A stretch of 64,000 bases of DNA from Antedon mediterranea. Lineage: Eukaryota > Animalia > Echinodermata. Shown in pieces: positions 1 to 11,689 of the stretch. The notes below the pieces were generated by a model. The model did not search any database. It saw nothing but the letters and a program-made list of their open reading frames with translations, and was not told the origin of the DNA. The translations under genes were made by a program, and so were the position numbers. Position 1 is the stretch's first letter. Each line of letters starts with the position of its first letter. The stretch spans positions 890,101-954,100 of the forward strand of contig NC_092677.1 in assembly GCF_964355755.1 (NCBI RefSeq), in the 5' to 3' direction.

Positions 1-2
1 CT

Positions 3-3000
3 ATGATGTTATGTTCCGCTTCTGTGTTCGATGAAAGCAACTTGGAAAATGTCGATGTTGATGAACCTAGTACGTCTTATCAGTATAAATGTAGTACACG
101 ATTATCTGACAAGAATATTGATTCTAAAGTTAAAGGTCAAAAACATAATAAAGAAACTCATGTCTCATCAAGTAATGGATGGCAAAGTGATAGTGATATT
201 GAAATTGTTAATGTTCAGTATGAAGAAAGACCTGACAAGAATTTTAAATTTATTCCTATCTCAGAAGCACAAAAGAAAAACATGTGTAATGAAGTACGCA
301 TTCATTGTGAACATACCGATATGAATTGTGGTATTAACAGAGCTAGTCAGATTGGACATCCTCTTCAAATTACGAATATTACAGGTGATGGTAATTGTTT
401 TTATCGTGCAATTTCATACATTATTTCTGGGACTGAAGATAATCATTTACTTTTAAGAAGAGCAATTACTAATCATTTATTGGAAACTGATGACTTATTT
501 ATTAATACATTTAGTCACAAATATAGATCAGTTAAGGAATATGTGTTTAAAAAAAGAGTAATGGATAATGGAACGTGGGCATCCAATACTGAAATAAGTG
601 CAATGGCAAATTTGCTTAATACAGATATTTATTCATTTAATGATCAACTTTTGACGTGGCAATTGTTTTCTGCTAAAAAGCCGGGAAGAATAGATGATGT
701 TACAACTGAAAATGGTATATATATTTTGTACACCATGAATGTGCATTTTAATGTAGTGGAATCTGTCAATGTGAGTCAAAATAATGTTCAGGAAACAACA
801 GGACAAGTTGATATGAATGTCACATCGAAGAAACGAAAGAAAACGGGAGAAGAAACTTGGGACACATTTGAAGATATAGAACCAACACACAAACAGAGTA
901 AAACTGTTGAAAGCCCTTGTTCGGAAAGCAGAGTAAAAATATTGAGCGGAAAACGAAAACAATCTTATAGAATTAGAAAAGAAAAAGCAAAGAATCGACA
1001 GAGAAATAAACGGGAAAGAGAAGAAAAAAATAATTCAGAAGAAACAAATGAACTCGGACACAAATATCAAAGTGATTCTGTATACACAGAGGAAAAGAAA
1101 CGCAAAGTAAAAGAGACACAAAAAATAAGATATTGTGATGATGATTATAAATTACAAAAAAGGAAGGAAAACAGAGAAAGACAACGCAAAATGTATAGAT
1201 GTGAACCTGAATATAAAGTTAAGGTACGAAATAAAGCTAAACATCACTACAACCTTGATTTGGATTACCGAACAACCAAAAAAGAAACAATGAAGAGTAG
1301 ATACGACAATGATACAATGTTTAGAAATAAAACTAAACAAAATAATAAACAAAGAAATAAGGAAAGGTATCACAATGATCCACAATTTCGACAAAATTTG
1401 AAGCAAAATTTAGCAAAGAAGTATTGTAATAATTCACATTTCAGAGAAAACATTAACCAAAAATTGACAGAGAAGTATCGGGGGAATTTGAAATTTCGAC
1501 AAAACTTTAAGCAGAAATTGGCAGAGAAGTATCAAAGTAATTTGAAATTTAGACAAAACTGTAAAGAAAAATTTACTGAAAAGTATCGGAGTAATTTGAA
1601 ATTTAGACAAAACCTTAAAGACAAACTGGCAGAAAAGTATCGGAGTAATTTGAAATTTAGACAAAAATGCAAAGACAAATTGGCAGAAAAGTATCTGAGT
1701 AATTTGAAATTTAGACAAAACTGTAAAGAAAAATTTACTGAAAAGTATCGGAGTAATTTGAAATTTAGACAAAACTTTAAAGACAAACTGGCAGAAAAGT
1801 ATCGGAGTAATTTGAAATTTAGACAAAAATGCAAAGACAAATTGGCAGAAAAGTATCGGAGTAATTTAAAATTTAGACAAAAATGTAAAGACAAATTGGT
1901 AGAAAAGTATCGGAGTAATTTGAAATTTAGACAAAACTGTAAGCAGAAATTGGCAGAGAAATATCGAGATAATTTAAAATTTCGTCAAAGATGTAAGCAA
2001 AAGTGTAAGCAAAGATTTACAGAAAAGTATCATGGTGATGAAGGGTTCCGGAAAAAAATCATGAAGAAAAACTTGAAAAATCGGGAAAAAAAAACCACAG
2101 AAAACACTAATTTTGATATTGTTTTAGAAAACTTCAGGAAAACAGTTTCTCGTGGTCCTGAATATGTTTGTTGTATATGCTTTAAATTGTTATTCAAAGA
2201 TCAAGTTATGAAGTGCATCAAAGCTAAATACAAAAATAAGGCTTGTATAAATGAAAAGTATTTGCATATTTGCAATAATGAATGTAATAAACCTTGTCAA
2301 TTTTTCGAATCTCCAAGGTGTCGTTTATGGATTTGTTTCACGTGCCACAGGAAAATGTTAAACGGAAAAGTTCCTGCAGAAGCCAATTCAAACAATTTAC
2401 AACTACACGATATTCCTCCTGAGCTCAGGTGTTTAAATAATTTAGAGCAGCATTTGATTGGATTAAACATTCCTTTTATGAAATTAATGAATTTACCAAA
2501 AGGTGGACAGCATGGAATACATGGACCAGTCGTATGTGTACCTTCAAATACTATTGAAACTGTAAAAATGTTGCCTAGACCAGAGGTTGATGATCAATTA
2601 ATATCTGTAAAATTGAAGCGAAAGTTGTCTTACAAAGGTTATTACAAATATAAATTTGTTAACACTGCCAATGTTATTCAAGCTCTTAGATATTTACAAG
2701 ATCATAACAAGTGCTACTTTGATATAGCTATTAATGAAGAATGGCACAATTATTTATCTGAAGATAACATGGAAAATGAAACTACTAATGAAGATGAAAA
2801 CAATGAAGAAGAAGAAAAAGAAGAAGAAGTAGAAGACCGATTATGTGGTGTTACCTTTGATACAAGTCTTCAACCTGTTGACAGGCGACAAAATTTGGTT
2901 GATGAATATTTTAATGACATAATTTGTTGTGCACCATGTGAAAATAATAGTCCTATTGCATTGTTAAGTAATAAAAGCAATGAAGCAAAATCATTTCCAG

Positions 3001-6000
3001 TGCTATTTCCAACAGGTCAACCGACATTCCATGATACGAGAGATGTTAAAATAACACTTGGACGTTATTTTCATAATAGATTAATGCATATAGATAACAG
3101 GTTTGCACAAAATACGGAATTCATATTTTATGCTCAATCTTTATATGAACTTCAGCAAATTTTATCAAGTATTTCCATTGCATTACGAAAAGGGTCAAGT
3201 AAAAAGGATGATTTTAGCAAAGTTACTGTATCCGATTTAAAAAATGTTACCAAAATTGAGGAGATTTTAAAATCTGATAGGGGTTATAAATTTTTAAAAC
3301 AAATTCGTGGAACTCCACCGTACTGGCAAGCTACACAGAAAGATATAATAGCAATGGTTAGACAGATTGGAAAGCCAACATTCTTTCTTTCATTCTCAAG
3401 TGCTGACTTCCGTTGGAAAGAAATAATGACGACATTGTTAAATCAGTCAGGAGACCAAAGAAACATTGAAGAATTAGAATGGGCAGATAAATGTAATTTG
3501 TTGAAATCAAATCCAGTGACTGTTGCCAGAATGTTTGATAAACGCTTTCATACTTTTTTGAAAAATGTAATTTTGTCTGAAGCACAGCCTATTGGTAAAG
3601 TCGTAGATTATTTTTACCGAATTGAATTTCAAATGAGAGGAAGTCCGCATGTTCATATGTTAGTGTGGGTTGAAAATGCTCCTATTTTTGGTACGGATAA
3701 AGATAAAGATGTTATTAATTTTGTCGATAAATATATTTCTTGTGCTGTGCCATGTGAAACTGTAGATCGTGAACTGAATGAAATTGTTAAAAGTGTGCAA
3801 ATTCACAGTAAAAGACATTCTAAATCATGTAAAAAAAAGGGAACAAATTGCAGATTTAACTTTCCCAGACAACCTTCTGGAAATACATTTGTTATGAGAC
3901 CTACAATTGTGGATAAAGACAATGATGATAATGATGACAATAAACAAGCAATGGAGCTATTAACCTCAGTAAAAGATGCTGTGACTAATGAAGAAACATA
4001 TAAAAATGCAATAGAACTTTTCCAAAGTTTAGGTATTACACAGAGTGCATTTGAGAAAGCAAATAATTGTGTAGCTACTGAGGAAAAAATTGTTATAAAG
4101 AGAAACCCCCAAGATGTGTGGGTAAATCAATATAATCCTTCCTTATTGAGAGCATGGAATGCTAATATGGATATTCAATATATTACAAATGTATATGCAT
4201 GTATAATTTACGTTATAGGATATATGTCAAAATCTGAACGGGAAATGGGTTTACTGTTAAATCATGCAGCATCAGAAGTAAAAGAAGGCAATGAAGATGC
4301 TAGGCAAAGTTTGCGAAAACTTGGTAATGTTTATATGAATAATCGAGAAGTGTCTGCACAAGAAAGTATTTATCGTGTTTGTAGTTTAAGATTAAAAGAA
4401 TGTTCAAGGAAAGTTGAATTTATCCCAGTAGGACCTAATCCTGTCAGAATGAGTTTACCACTAAGTGTAATTAAAAACAAAGCAGATGATGATGTAAGTG
4501 CATGGTTGCCAAATAAGATCGACAAATATAAAGCTCGACCTAACATTTCTGAATTTAATAAAATGTGCCTTGCAAAATTTTGTTCAGAATATAGAATATT
4601 GAGTTCATCAGAAATGAAAGGAAACAAACAAAAAAAGAATGTATTTCAGTTAAAAAAACAGTTGGGATTCATCCAAAAAAGAACACGAACTAGTAATGCT
4701 ATAGTAAGATACCCTCGATTTCCAATGGATACAGCACCTGAGAAATATTTTTTGAGTATACTTCAGTTATTTCTACCATTTCGAAAAGATGAACAGTTAA
4801 AACCTCCAAATTTTGAAACGTATGAACAATTTCATGAGAAAGGATGTGTGAAATTATGTGGCTGTCAATTACAAACGGTAAAGTCAATAGTTCATGGAAA
4901 CATGGAACAATATGAAAAAAGTGCTGATGATGTTGAAGAAGCACAGGAATGTTTATCAAAATTTGGACCACAAGAAGATGCATGGAGTTTATTATGTCCA
5001 GAAAGCGAAAAAGAAAGGTTAGACAACCCAAAGCCAAATGTAGAGGTTGATGATGAAGAAGATGAATTTTTCATTCCAGATTTTGGAATTCAAAAAAATC
5101 ATACATCTAAAGTAGAGTCTAATTCATCTAATATTCCAAGACCAGAATTGAACAAAATGATTCGATCTTTAAATGAAAAACAACAACATATATTTTATAA
5201 GACAAGACAATGGTGTTTAGACAAAGCTAATGGTAAAAAACCTGAAGCATTTTACACTTTCATAACTGGTGGCGCTGGTACAGGAAAAAGTCATTTGGTA
5301 AACTGTATTTATAATGAAGCGACACGTATTCTTGGAAAAATTATGGAAAATCCCGATGATTTGTCAATATTGAAATTAGCTCCTACAGGAATTGCAGCAT
5401 ATAATATTAAAGGCCAAACAATTCATAGCGCTTTGTCTATCCCGATTAATATTTCACTTCCGTATCAACCACTTGGAGAAGAAAAAATAAGTGCACTTCG
5501 TAATAAATTAGGCCAGTTGCAAATTGTTAATATAGATGAAATATCAATGGTAAATCAAAGGTTACTTTGGTATATCCACGGACGATTAAGGCAAATAAAA
5601 CAAGTACGCAACGATAGTCCATTTGGTAACATTTCAATAATTGCTGTTGGTGATTTTTATCAGTTACCCCCGGTTATGGGCAGTTCGTTATACAAAGACA
5701 CATTGGAAAGCTCACTGTGGATAGATAACTTTAAGCAAGTACAGTTAGATCAAATCATGAGGCAAAAAGAAGATAAAGAATTTGCTTTATTGTTAAACAA
5801 ATTGCGTACAAAAGAAAAACATGATTGTTTGTCTGATAACGATTTATTAGTTCTAAAATCACGTGAAACAGGTGAAGAATGTGAAGATGCTGTTCACATT
5901 TACCCACGCAACAAACAAGTTGATGAATGGAATAAAAAAATGTTGCACAAAACCTGTACAGACATTGTATGCATTGAAGCAGAAGATAGTGTAGTAAACG

Positions 6001-7199
6001 CCAAGAAACAGACCAAAAATTGTGACAAACCTCGGAATTCACGTAAAACTAGTTTACTAAATTATTTGTGGATTGCACTTAATGCCAGAGTGATGTTGAT
6101 TAAAAATGTAGATGTTAAAAAAGGCTTAACGAATGGATGTATGGGACATGTTTATGAAATAGTCAAACCCAATAATAACGCCAAACCAGTATCTATTAAA
6201 GTAAAGTTTGATAATAATGACATTGGTATTCAGGCAATTGAAATGTTTAAAGAATCTATGGGGGAAAAATACAGTCGAAAACAATTTCCTCTCAAATTAG
6301 CATATGCATGCACAGTTCATAAAGTGCAAGGAATGACAATGGATAAAGCAGTGGTTTGCCTTAAAGATACTTTTACGCATGGACAAGCATATGTAGGCCT
6401 CAGTCGTGTTACTTCAATATCTGGACTTACTATTGAAAATTTTAAACCTAGTCTGATTTATTGTGATCCAAACATAAAGAAGTGCTTAAATAATATGGAT
6501 TCATACGTACAATGTGATAAACAAGGTCATGATTCGGATTCTAGATTTTCAATAATGTTACATAACATTCAAGGGCTTAAACAACATTTTGTTGATCTTC
6601 AGTATAATGATTTGTTTATGAATTCTAATATACTATGTCTAACTGAAACATGGTTGAACAAGGATGATGATGTTTTTGACGTACGCATTGAGCCGTATAA
6701 ATGTTATCACCAAGCAAGGTATGATTCGTATTCTAATACAAATGATCTCAGTTCCAAAATAAAACATCAGGCTCATGGTGGCGTTGCAGTGTATGTCAAG
6801 AACACGTCTTCAAGCAGATTAAACATATGTAATAATGATATAGAAGCAGTTTCATTTTTAATAACAAGTCCGATTTCTATTGCCGTGTCAGTAATTTATC
6901 GACCCCCAAGTTATGATATTAATCAATTCTGTCAAAATTTGAGAAAATATTTGGAAGAGTTACAAAAAATGAGTACAAAATGTATTGTAATGGGGGATTT
7001 TAATGAAAATCTTTTCAAACAATCTTCCAGAGTGAATAATTTAATGTCAGAGAATGAATACCGACAACATGTTACATGTTCCACCACTGAAAACAATACA
7101 TTGATTGATCATGTCTATAGCAAAGGTCTTGATTCAGTACAGGCTGAAGTAATTCCAATTTATTATAGCTATCATGAAGCCATTCAAATTAAATTTTAA
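3..7199 (+). CDS. Helentron RepHel-endonuclease protein, C-terminal 2398 aa (5'-truncated by the window edge)
   Basis: OTU motif GDGNCFYRAIS; HUH motif RIEFQMRGSPHVHMLVW; catalytic Tyr motif YVIGYMSK; Pif1/SF1 motifs GGAGTGKS, DEISM, GDFYQLPPV, TVHKVQGMT, GQAYVGLSRV; APE/EEP motifs HNIQGL, LTETW, YRPP, GDFN, IDHVY. Matches the C-terminal part of 40734..50168 apart from 4 visible substitutions. Confidence 0.95.
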   Translation: MMLCSASVFDESNLENVDVDEPSTSYQYKCSTRLSDKNIDSKVKGQKHNKETHVSSSNGWQSDSDIEIVNVQYEERPDKNFKFIPISEAQKKNMCNEVRIHCEHTDMNCGINRASQIGHPLQITNITGDGNCFYRAISYIISGTEDNHLLLRRAITNHLLETDDLFINTFSHKYRSVKEYVFKKRVMDNGTWASNTEISAMANLLNTDIYSFNDQLLTWQLFSAKKPGRIDDVTTENGIYILYTMNVHFNVVESVNVSQNNVQETTGQVDMNVTSKKRKKTGEETWDTFEDIEPTHKQSKTVESPCSESRVKILSGKRKQSYRIRKEKAKNRQRNKREREEKNNSEETNELGHKYQSDSVYTEEKKRKVKETQKIRYCDDDYKLQKRKENRERQRKMYRCEPEYKVKVRNKAKHHYNLDLDYRTTKKETMKSRYDNDTMFRNKTKQNNKQRNKERYHNDPQFRQNLKQNLAKKYCNNSHFRENINQKLTEKYRGNLKFRQNFKQKLAEKYQSNLKFRQNCKEKFTEKYRSNLKFRQNLKDKLAEKYRSNLKFRQKCKDKLAEKYLSNLKFRQNCKEKFTEKYRSNLKFRQNFKDKLAEKYRSNLKFRQKCKDKLAEKYRSNLKFRQKCKDKLVEKYRSNLKFRQNCKQKLAEKYRDNLKFRQRCKQKCKQRFTEKYHGDEGFRKKIMKKNLKNREKKTTENTNFDIVLENFRKTVSRGPEYVCCICFKLLFKDQVMKCIKAKYKNKACINEKYLHICNNECNKPCQFFESPRCRLWICFTCHRKMLNGKVPAEANSNNLQLHDIPPELRCLNNLEQHLIGLNIPFMKLMNLPKGGQHGIHGPVVCVPSNTIETVKMLPRPEVDDQLISVKLKRKLSYKGYYKYKFVNTANVIQALRYLQDHNKCYFDIAINEEWHNYLSEDNMENETTNEDENNEEEEKEEEVEDRLCGVTFDTSLQPVDRRQNLVDEYFNDIICCAPCENNSPIALLSNKSNEAKSFPVLFPTGQPTFHDTRDVKITLGRYFHNRLMHIDNRFAQNTEFIFYAQSLYELQQILSSISIALRKGSSKKDDFSKVTVSDLKNVTKIEEILKSDRGYKFLKQIRGTPPYWQATQKDIIAMVRQIGKPTFFLSFSSADFRWKEIMTTLLNQSGDQRNIEELEWADKCNLLKSNPVTVARMFDKRFHTFLKNVILSEAQPIGKVVDYFYRIEFQMRGSPHVHMLVWVENAPIFGTDKDKDVINFVDKYISCAVPCETVDRELNEIVKSVQIHSKRHSKSCKKKGTNCRFNFPRQPSGNTFVMRPTIVDKDNDDNDDNKQAMELLTSVKDAVTNEETYKNAIELFQSLGITQSAFEKANNCVATEEKIVIKRNPQDVWVNQYNPSLLRAWNANMDIQYITNVYACIIYVIGYMSKSEREMGLLLNHAASEVKEGNEDARQSLRKLGNVYMNNREVSAQESIYRVCSLRLKECSRKVEFIPVGPNPVRMSLPLSVIKNKADDDVSAWLPNKIDKYKARPNISEFNKMCLAKFCSEYRILSSSEMKGNKQKKNVFQLKKQLGFIQKRTRTSNAIVRYPRFPMDTAPEKYFLSILQLFLPFRKDEQLKPPNFETYEQFHEKGCVKLCGCQLQTVKSIVHGNMEQYEKSADDVEEAQECLSKFGPQEDAWSLLCPESEKERLDNPKPNVEVDDEEDEFFIPDFGIQKNHTSKVESNSSNIPRPELNKMIRSLNEKQQHIFYKTRQWCLDKANGKKPEAFYTFITGGAGTGKSHLVNCIYNEATRILGKIMENPDDLSILKLAPTGIAAYNIKGQTIHSALSIPINISLPYQPLGEEKISALRNKLGQLQIVNIDEISMVNQRLLWYIHGRLRQIKQVRNDSPFGNISIIAVGDFYQLPPVMGSSLYKDTLESSLWIDNFKQVQLDQIMRQKEDKEFALLLNKLRTKEKHDCLSDNDLLVLKSRETGEECEDAVHIYPRNKQVDEWNKKMLHKTCTDIVCIEAEDSVVNAKKQTKNCDKPRNSRKTSLLNYLWIALNARVMLIKNVDVKKGLTNGCMGHVYEIVKPNNNAKPVSIKVKFDNNDIGIQAIEMFKESMGEKYSRKQFPLKLAYACTVHKVQGMTMDKAVVCLKDTFTHGQAYVGLSRVTSISGLTIENFKPSLIYCDPNIKKCLNNMDSYVQCDKQGHDSDSRFSIMLHNIQGLKQHFVDLQYNDLFMNSNILCLTETWLNKDDDVFDVRIEPYKCYHQARYDSYSNTNDLSSKIKHQAHGGVAVYVKNTSSSRLNICNNDIEAVSFLITSPISIAVSVIYRPPSYDINQFCQNLRKYLEELQKMSTKCIVMGDFNENLFKQSSRVNNLMSENEYRQHVTCSTTENNTLIDHVYSKGLDSVQAEVIPIYYSYHEAIQIKF
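1360..2030 (+). repeat. In-frame 45-bp minisatellite encoding a basic 15-aa repeat (EKYRSNLKFRQNCKxKL-like)
   Basis: Repeated gaaaagtatcggagtaatttgaaatttagacaaaa with 45-bp period; repeat is visible in the translation. Confidence 0.92.
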
Positions 7200-7341
7200 T
7201 TGTAGCAATGGTTTTTAAGTATTTCTGTGAATAGAATTCAGAATAGAATACTATAAAAACTTTTTAAGAATTGAAAATAGAACTGGATACAAATCAAGAA
7301 AAAAAACAATTTATAAAAACAAGCTGAAAATCATTATGACT

Positions 7342-8485
7342 CTCTATGAACGAGGGGCAGCGAGTAATCTGTAACTTCAACCCATGTCATTCTCCTGTAT
7401 AGGAGAAACAGTATCTGGTGACTAAACACATTTTAATCTTGTTTTTATGTGAGTTATATTATTAAAGATATTGTTCTGAATTTGAATATGCAATGTTGCA
7501 ATCTGTGCACATAATAATTGTTCAATATTTACCGGTATTCAAATAATGTTAAAAATAAAAAGTTATATTTCACAGAAGAAGAAAATACGTTTTGTTTTAT
7601 ACGATTACCAATACTTCATTAGGTCTATACATACTTTCATTTGTATAATTGTTTTTGTATATTTTTTTTGTTATCTATCCAGGTCCACATGAAATTACTA
7701 ATACAGTAATTTACTCATTTGGAAGAATAATCAATTATTATCTATGCAAGAGGGGCAGTGAATAATCTGTAACTTCAACACATGTCATTCTCCTGTATAG
7801 TGGAAACAATATCTGGTGAGTAAACACATTTTAATCTTGTTTTTATGTGAGTTATATAATATTGTTCTGAATTTGAATATGCAATATTTCAATATCTACC
7901 GGTATTCAAGTAATGTTAAAAATAAACAGTTACATTTTACAGAAGAAGAAAATATGTTTTGTTTTATACGATTACCAATACTTTATTAGGTCTACACATA
8001 CTTTCAGTTGTATAATTGCTTTTAATATTTTTTTTTCTATCTATCCAGGTCCACATGAAATTACTAATACAGTAATTTATTCATTTGCAAGAATAATCAA
8101 TTTATTATCTATGCACGAGGGGCAGCGAATAATGTGTAACTTCAACCATGTCATTCTCCTGTGTAGGAGAAACAATATCTGGTGAGTAAACACATTTTAA
8201 TCTTGTTTTTATATGAGTTATATTATTATAAATATTGTTCTGAATTTGAATATGCAATGTTGCAATCTGTGTATATAATAATCTTTCAATATCTACCGGT
8301 TTTCAAGTAATGTTAAAAATAAAAATTACATTTTACAGAAGAAGAAAATACGTTTTGTTTTATACGATTACCAATACTTTATTAGGTCTACACATACTTT
8401 CAGTTTTGTTTTCTATCTATGCAGGTCCACATGAAATTCCTAATACAGCAATTTACAAGAATTTTGCAAGAATAATCAATTTATT
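7342..8485 (+). repeat. Three diverged ~370-400-bp tandem repeats downstream of the RepHel stop, with splice-site-flanked micro-exon-like segments
   Basis: ctatg..cgaggggcagcga..aatctgtaacttcaac recurs near 7344, 7742 and 8109. Examples: tagGAGAAACAATATCTGgtgagt (8167-8181) and ccagGTCCACATGAAATTACTAATACAgtaatt (7683-7705). Confidence 0.85.
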
Positions 8486-9000
8486 TTGTTTTGATTTTTA
8501 GGTGTACAATGGAATGGTTTCATCTCTTTAATTAATAATGGGATCCGAATGTTTAGGCAGTCACTAATGCAGTCGTTCGCTCTTTAATAACATTTGTCTA
8601 AACGCGGCAAATTATTAAATTAATAATCATATTAATAGTTATTGTTAAAAAATAACAATCTTCTATAAATAGATCAATAAATATGCGTTTAATGAATCCT
8701 CAACTAACAAATTACCATGTAAATAATGTACTAATATGTAAATTTACTGATTACCAAAATGTTGATGAACTACTGTATAGTATAAACAGCCTACTATATT
8801 TTGACAATTTTGTACCATTTGCAATAACCAATGAAAGCTTATATAAATACCGGTACACATTTTATACAGATTTGTGTGTTTTCTTCAATTTGTTTGAAAT
8901 AAAAGATTATTTTTAACAGTTATGGTGTGATAATATTAGCTTTATCAGAAATATTATATCTATTGGAGCAAGTTTCACTGGTAACTGAGATAATTGATCA

Positions 9001-9143
9001 GATCAAATCACAGAGCAGAGAAGACAAAAAATTGTTATTGTTATTATTATTCACACATGTAACTGGTCAGTAATCCATAAGATCAAATCACAGAGCAGAG
9101 GAGACAACAAATTGTTATTATTATTATTCACACATGTAACCGG
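9001..9143. repeat. 80-bp-period tandem duplication
   Basis: gatcaaatcacagagcagag..ttcacacatgtaac at 9001 and 9081; also in copy 2 at 51971 and 52051. Confidence 0.85.
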
Positions 9144-9149
9144 TTTTAG

Positions 9150-10520
9150 TGTAGTATATTATGGTGTTTAGAACTGAAATTACGGGAGAAAACATGTTTT
9201 GATGTCATCAAAATGAAACATAAAAGTATGTCCATTTTCGGGAAATAATTCATCTCAACGATAACATAATTAAATAATATAATATAAAAAATATAATGAA
9301 ATTTGGCACGTACAACTGAGATGCGTAATATGCCAAAAAACAAATAAAAATCCTACCTTTCCTATTACTGGCCATAACATGACCTCATAGCATAACCCGA
9401 TAGCATGACCTCGCAGCATCCGATAGGAAAACTTTTAAAAACGATTTTAATGAATTGTGCCTATTTTGTGTCATACGTCTAGTATATACTAATACATTGA
9501 AGCATAGAAAAAATTACGAGACCCATATTTTTAACATGATGACGTCATCAAAATAAAACATGAAGGTAACAATTTTAGAGAATAATTATCTAAATAATTA
9601 TATTCTTAGAAGTTGAAGAAATTTGGGCACGCTGGCAATTTTTAAGCCATCTTTTGAGTGACATAAATATGTGTACAGTGCTGACAGCAAATTACACAGA
9701 ATACACTGTTACATGTTATTATAATTTAATTATCTAAATAATTACATTAATACAAATTTGAAGAAATTTGGGAACGTTAACCTGAGATGCGCTCTATAAA
9801 CACAATTAATTTTTACGAAAGAGATGAAAATCTGACTTTTTAAATTCAACTGACCATATGATGACGTCATGAAATCAGATAGACAAAATTTGTATATGAC
9901 TTCATATCTACAATTCAACAATTACCATAAGTTTTGATCACGTGGGTCACTTTGTTAACTCATGTGTGAAAAAAATTGATTTGTCAAGAACATTAAAACG
10001 CATTAGCGCGATGCGCTCTATTAACTGGGATTAACTAATACAAAATATAAAAAAATCTATTTTTAAAATTTGAGTGGCCAATATGGTGACGTCAGAACAT
10101 CTTTTAGGTACAAATTGTACATTAATTGATAACTACAACTCATTAGCTTCTATAATACATTTAAAAAAATGGTGTAACCTGCCATCCTGAGGAGCTAGAA
10201 CTGAATCAAAATAGGTATATTTTTGAAAAAAATTGTATTATATTACCCATTCTTTAGCAAACGATTTCTAAAGTTTAACATGCACGTGCATCGTTAATTT
10301 GCAATAAAAATTCATGAAAATGAATGAAATCGTGAACGTAGGCCTATGACCAACAAAAATCAATTGCAAAACACATTTTTCTACGCTTTGTACGAGCTGT
10401 GCGCACAAGTGCGTGCGCAAAACGCAAACAATTTAGACAGTTTTGAAATGCTCAAATGACCTGACATGTACGCAAATTAAATAGAAATTAATTTGGCGTA
10501 TTTTTAAATTTCACTCGTAA
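9150..10520. repeat. Degenerate relics of non-autonomous-unit sequence inside the autonomous element
   Basis: Shares atgatgacgtcatc, gagatgcgctcta, ggccatatgatgacgtca and ttgaaatgctcaaatgacctga with array units; closest to 27580-27900. Confidence 0.75.
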
Positions 10521-11689
10521 AAAATAAACAAATTTGATTCAGGTTTTCCGCAGCGCAAACACCACATGCACGTCATACGTTAGAATATTGCACAGAGAAA
10601 AAACGATTATGCCATTGAAAAAAATGTTAGTGTGCCCTCTATTTTGTGTCACGTCTAAGTATATACGGTATACACTATATACTGTATACGTACTACATAC
10701 AGTGCAGAAAAGGTGAAAAGAAGTGACCAAAGTTATTTACGCTTTTGAACATGATGACGTCATAACAATTTTAAAAATGGTAAATCATGCGAAAGATAAT
10801 TGATTGACCTAGACAAAATAAAAAAAATGAGGGAAATGGAATACGGATAAGTGGAGATGCGCTCTATTAAATGTGATGAGCTATGACGAAAGAGACAAAA
10901 ATCCTATATTTGATATTCGAGTGGCCATACAATGACGTCACAATGTCCGGTTAGCCATATCGATGCATGATTTGATATTTACAACTCATCTACTTCCAGA
11001 ATCTGAAATTTTAAAAATTTTCACCTCGGAGTTTAGAATCTATGACTTTTTAAAAAAAGGCATAATTTTCACGAATTTTTGAACTTTTTCAACAAAAACG
11101 CGCGAAAATTGTTCAATTCTACGTGCTCGTATGACGTGATTTTAAGTTGAAATTGTTTGAAAGTTTGTAAAATTACTAGAAAAGGCTGAAAAAACAAAAA
11201 TCAAGCAAAAAAAACATGTTTTTGCCTTACGTGCGCACGCGCGCGTAAAAAAATTGCGCACGCGTGGGAATTTTTGAAATGCTCAAAATGACATGAAACG
11301 CGTAGAAAGTTGATTAGAAATGGATATTTCGCAATTTGAAATTTTAAACGCGCGTGCGCGCGTAACTTTATGTCAAACATGCCATTTTTAATCCATAGAA
11401 AGTTTGCGCATGATATAACTTAAATTTTCACGAAGTTTCAATAGAAAATGACTTTTGGTTTTCAATCTATGATCAATCATTGAAATTCATAAAATCGCGC
11501 GTAACTTACGCTGCGCGACTCCAAATTCATAAAAAAAAGTTTCGTGCACATCTACAGCTACAGGGCAATCTTATGACAAAGTTATAGAATCTTATGTTGA
11601 CTAGAATTAGAGATACGCTGCGAACAAAAATCGTGGAAAGAAAGAAGAAAATAGAAAAAAAAAGAGAAAAAAAATAAAAAAAATAAAAA

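Noticed and set aside
1152-1894. Antisense repeat ORFs (also 44121-44863)
   Set aside because: Shadows of the 45-bp coding minisatellite.
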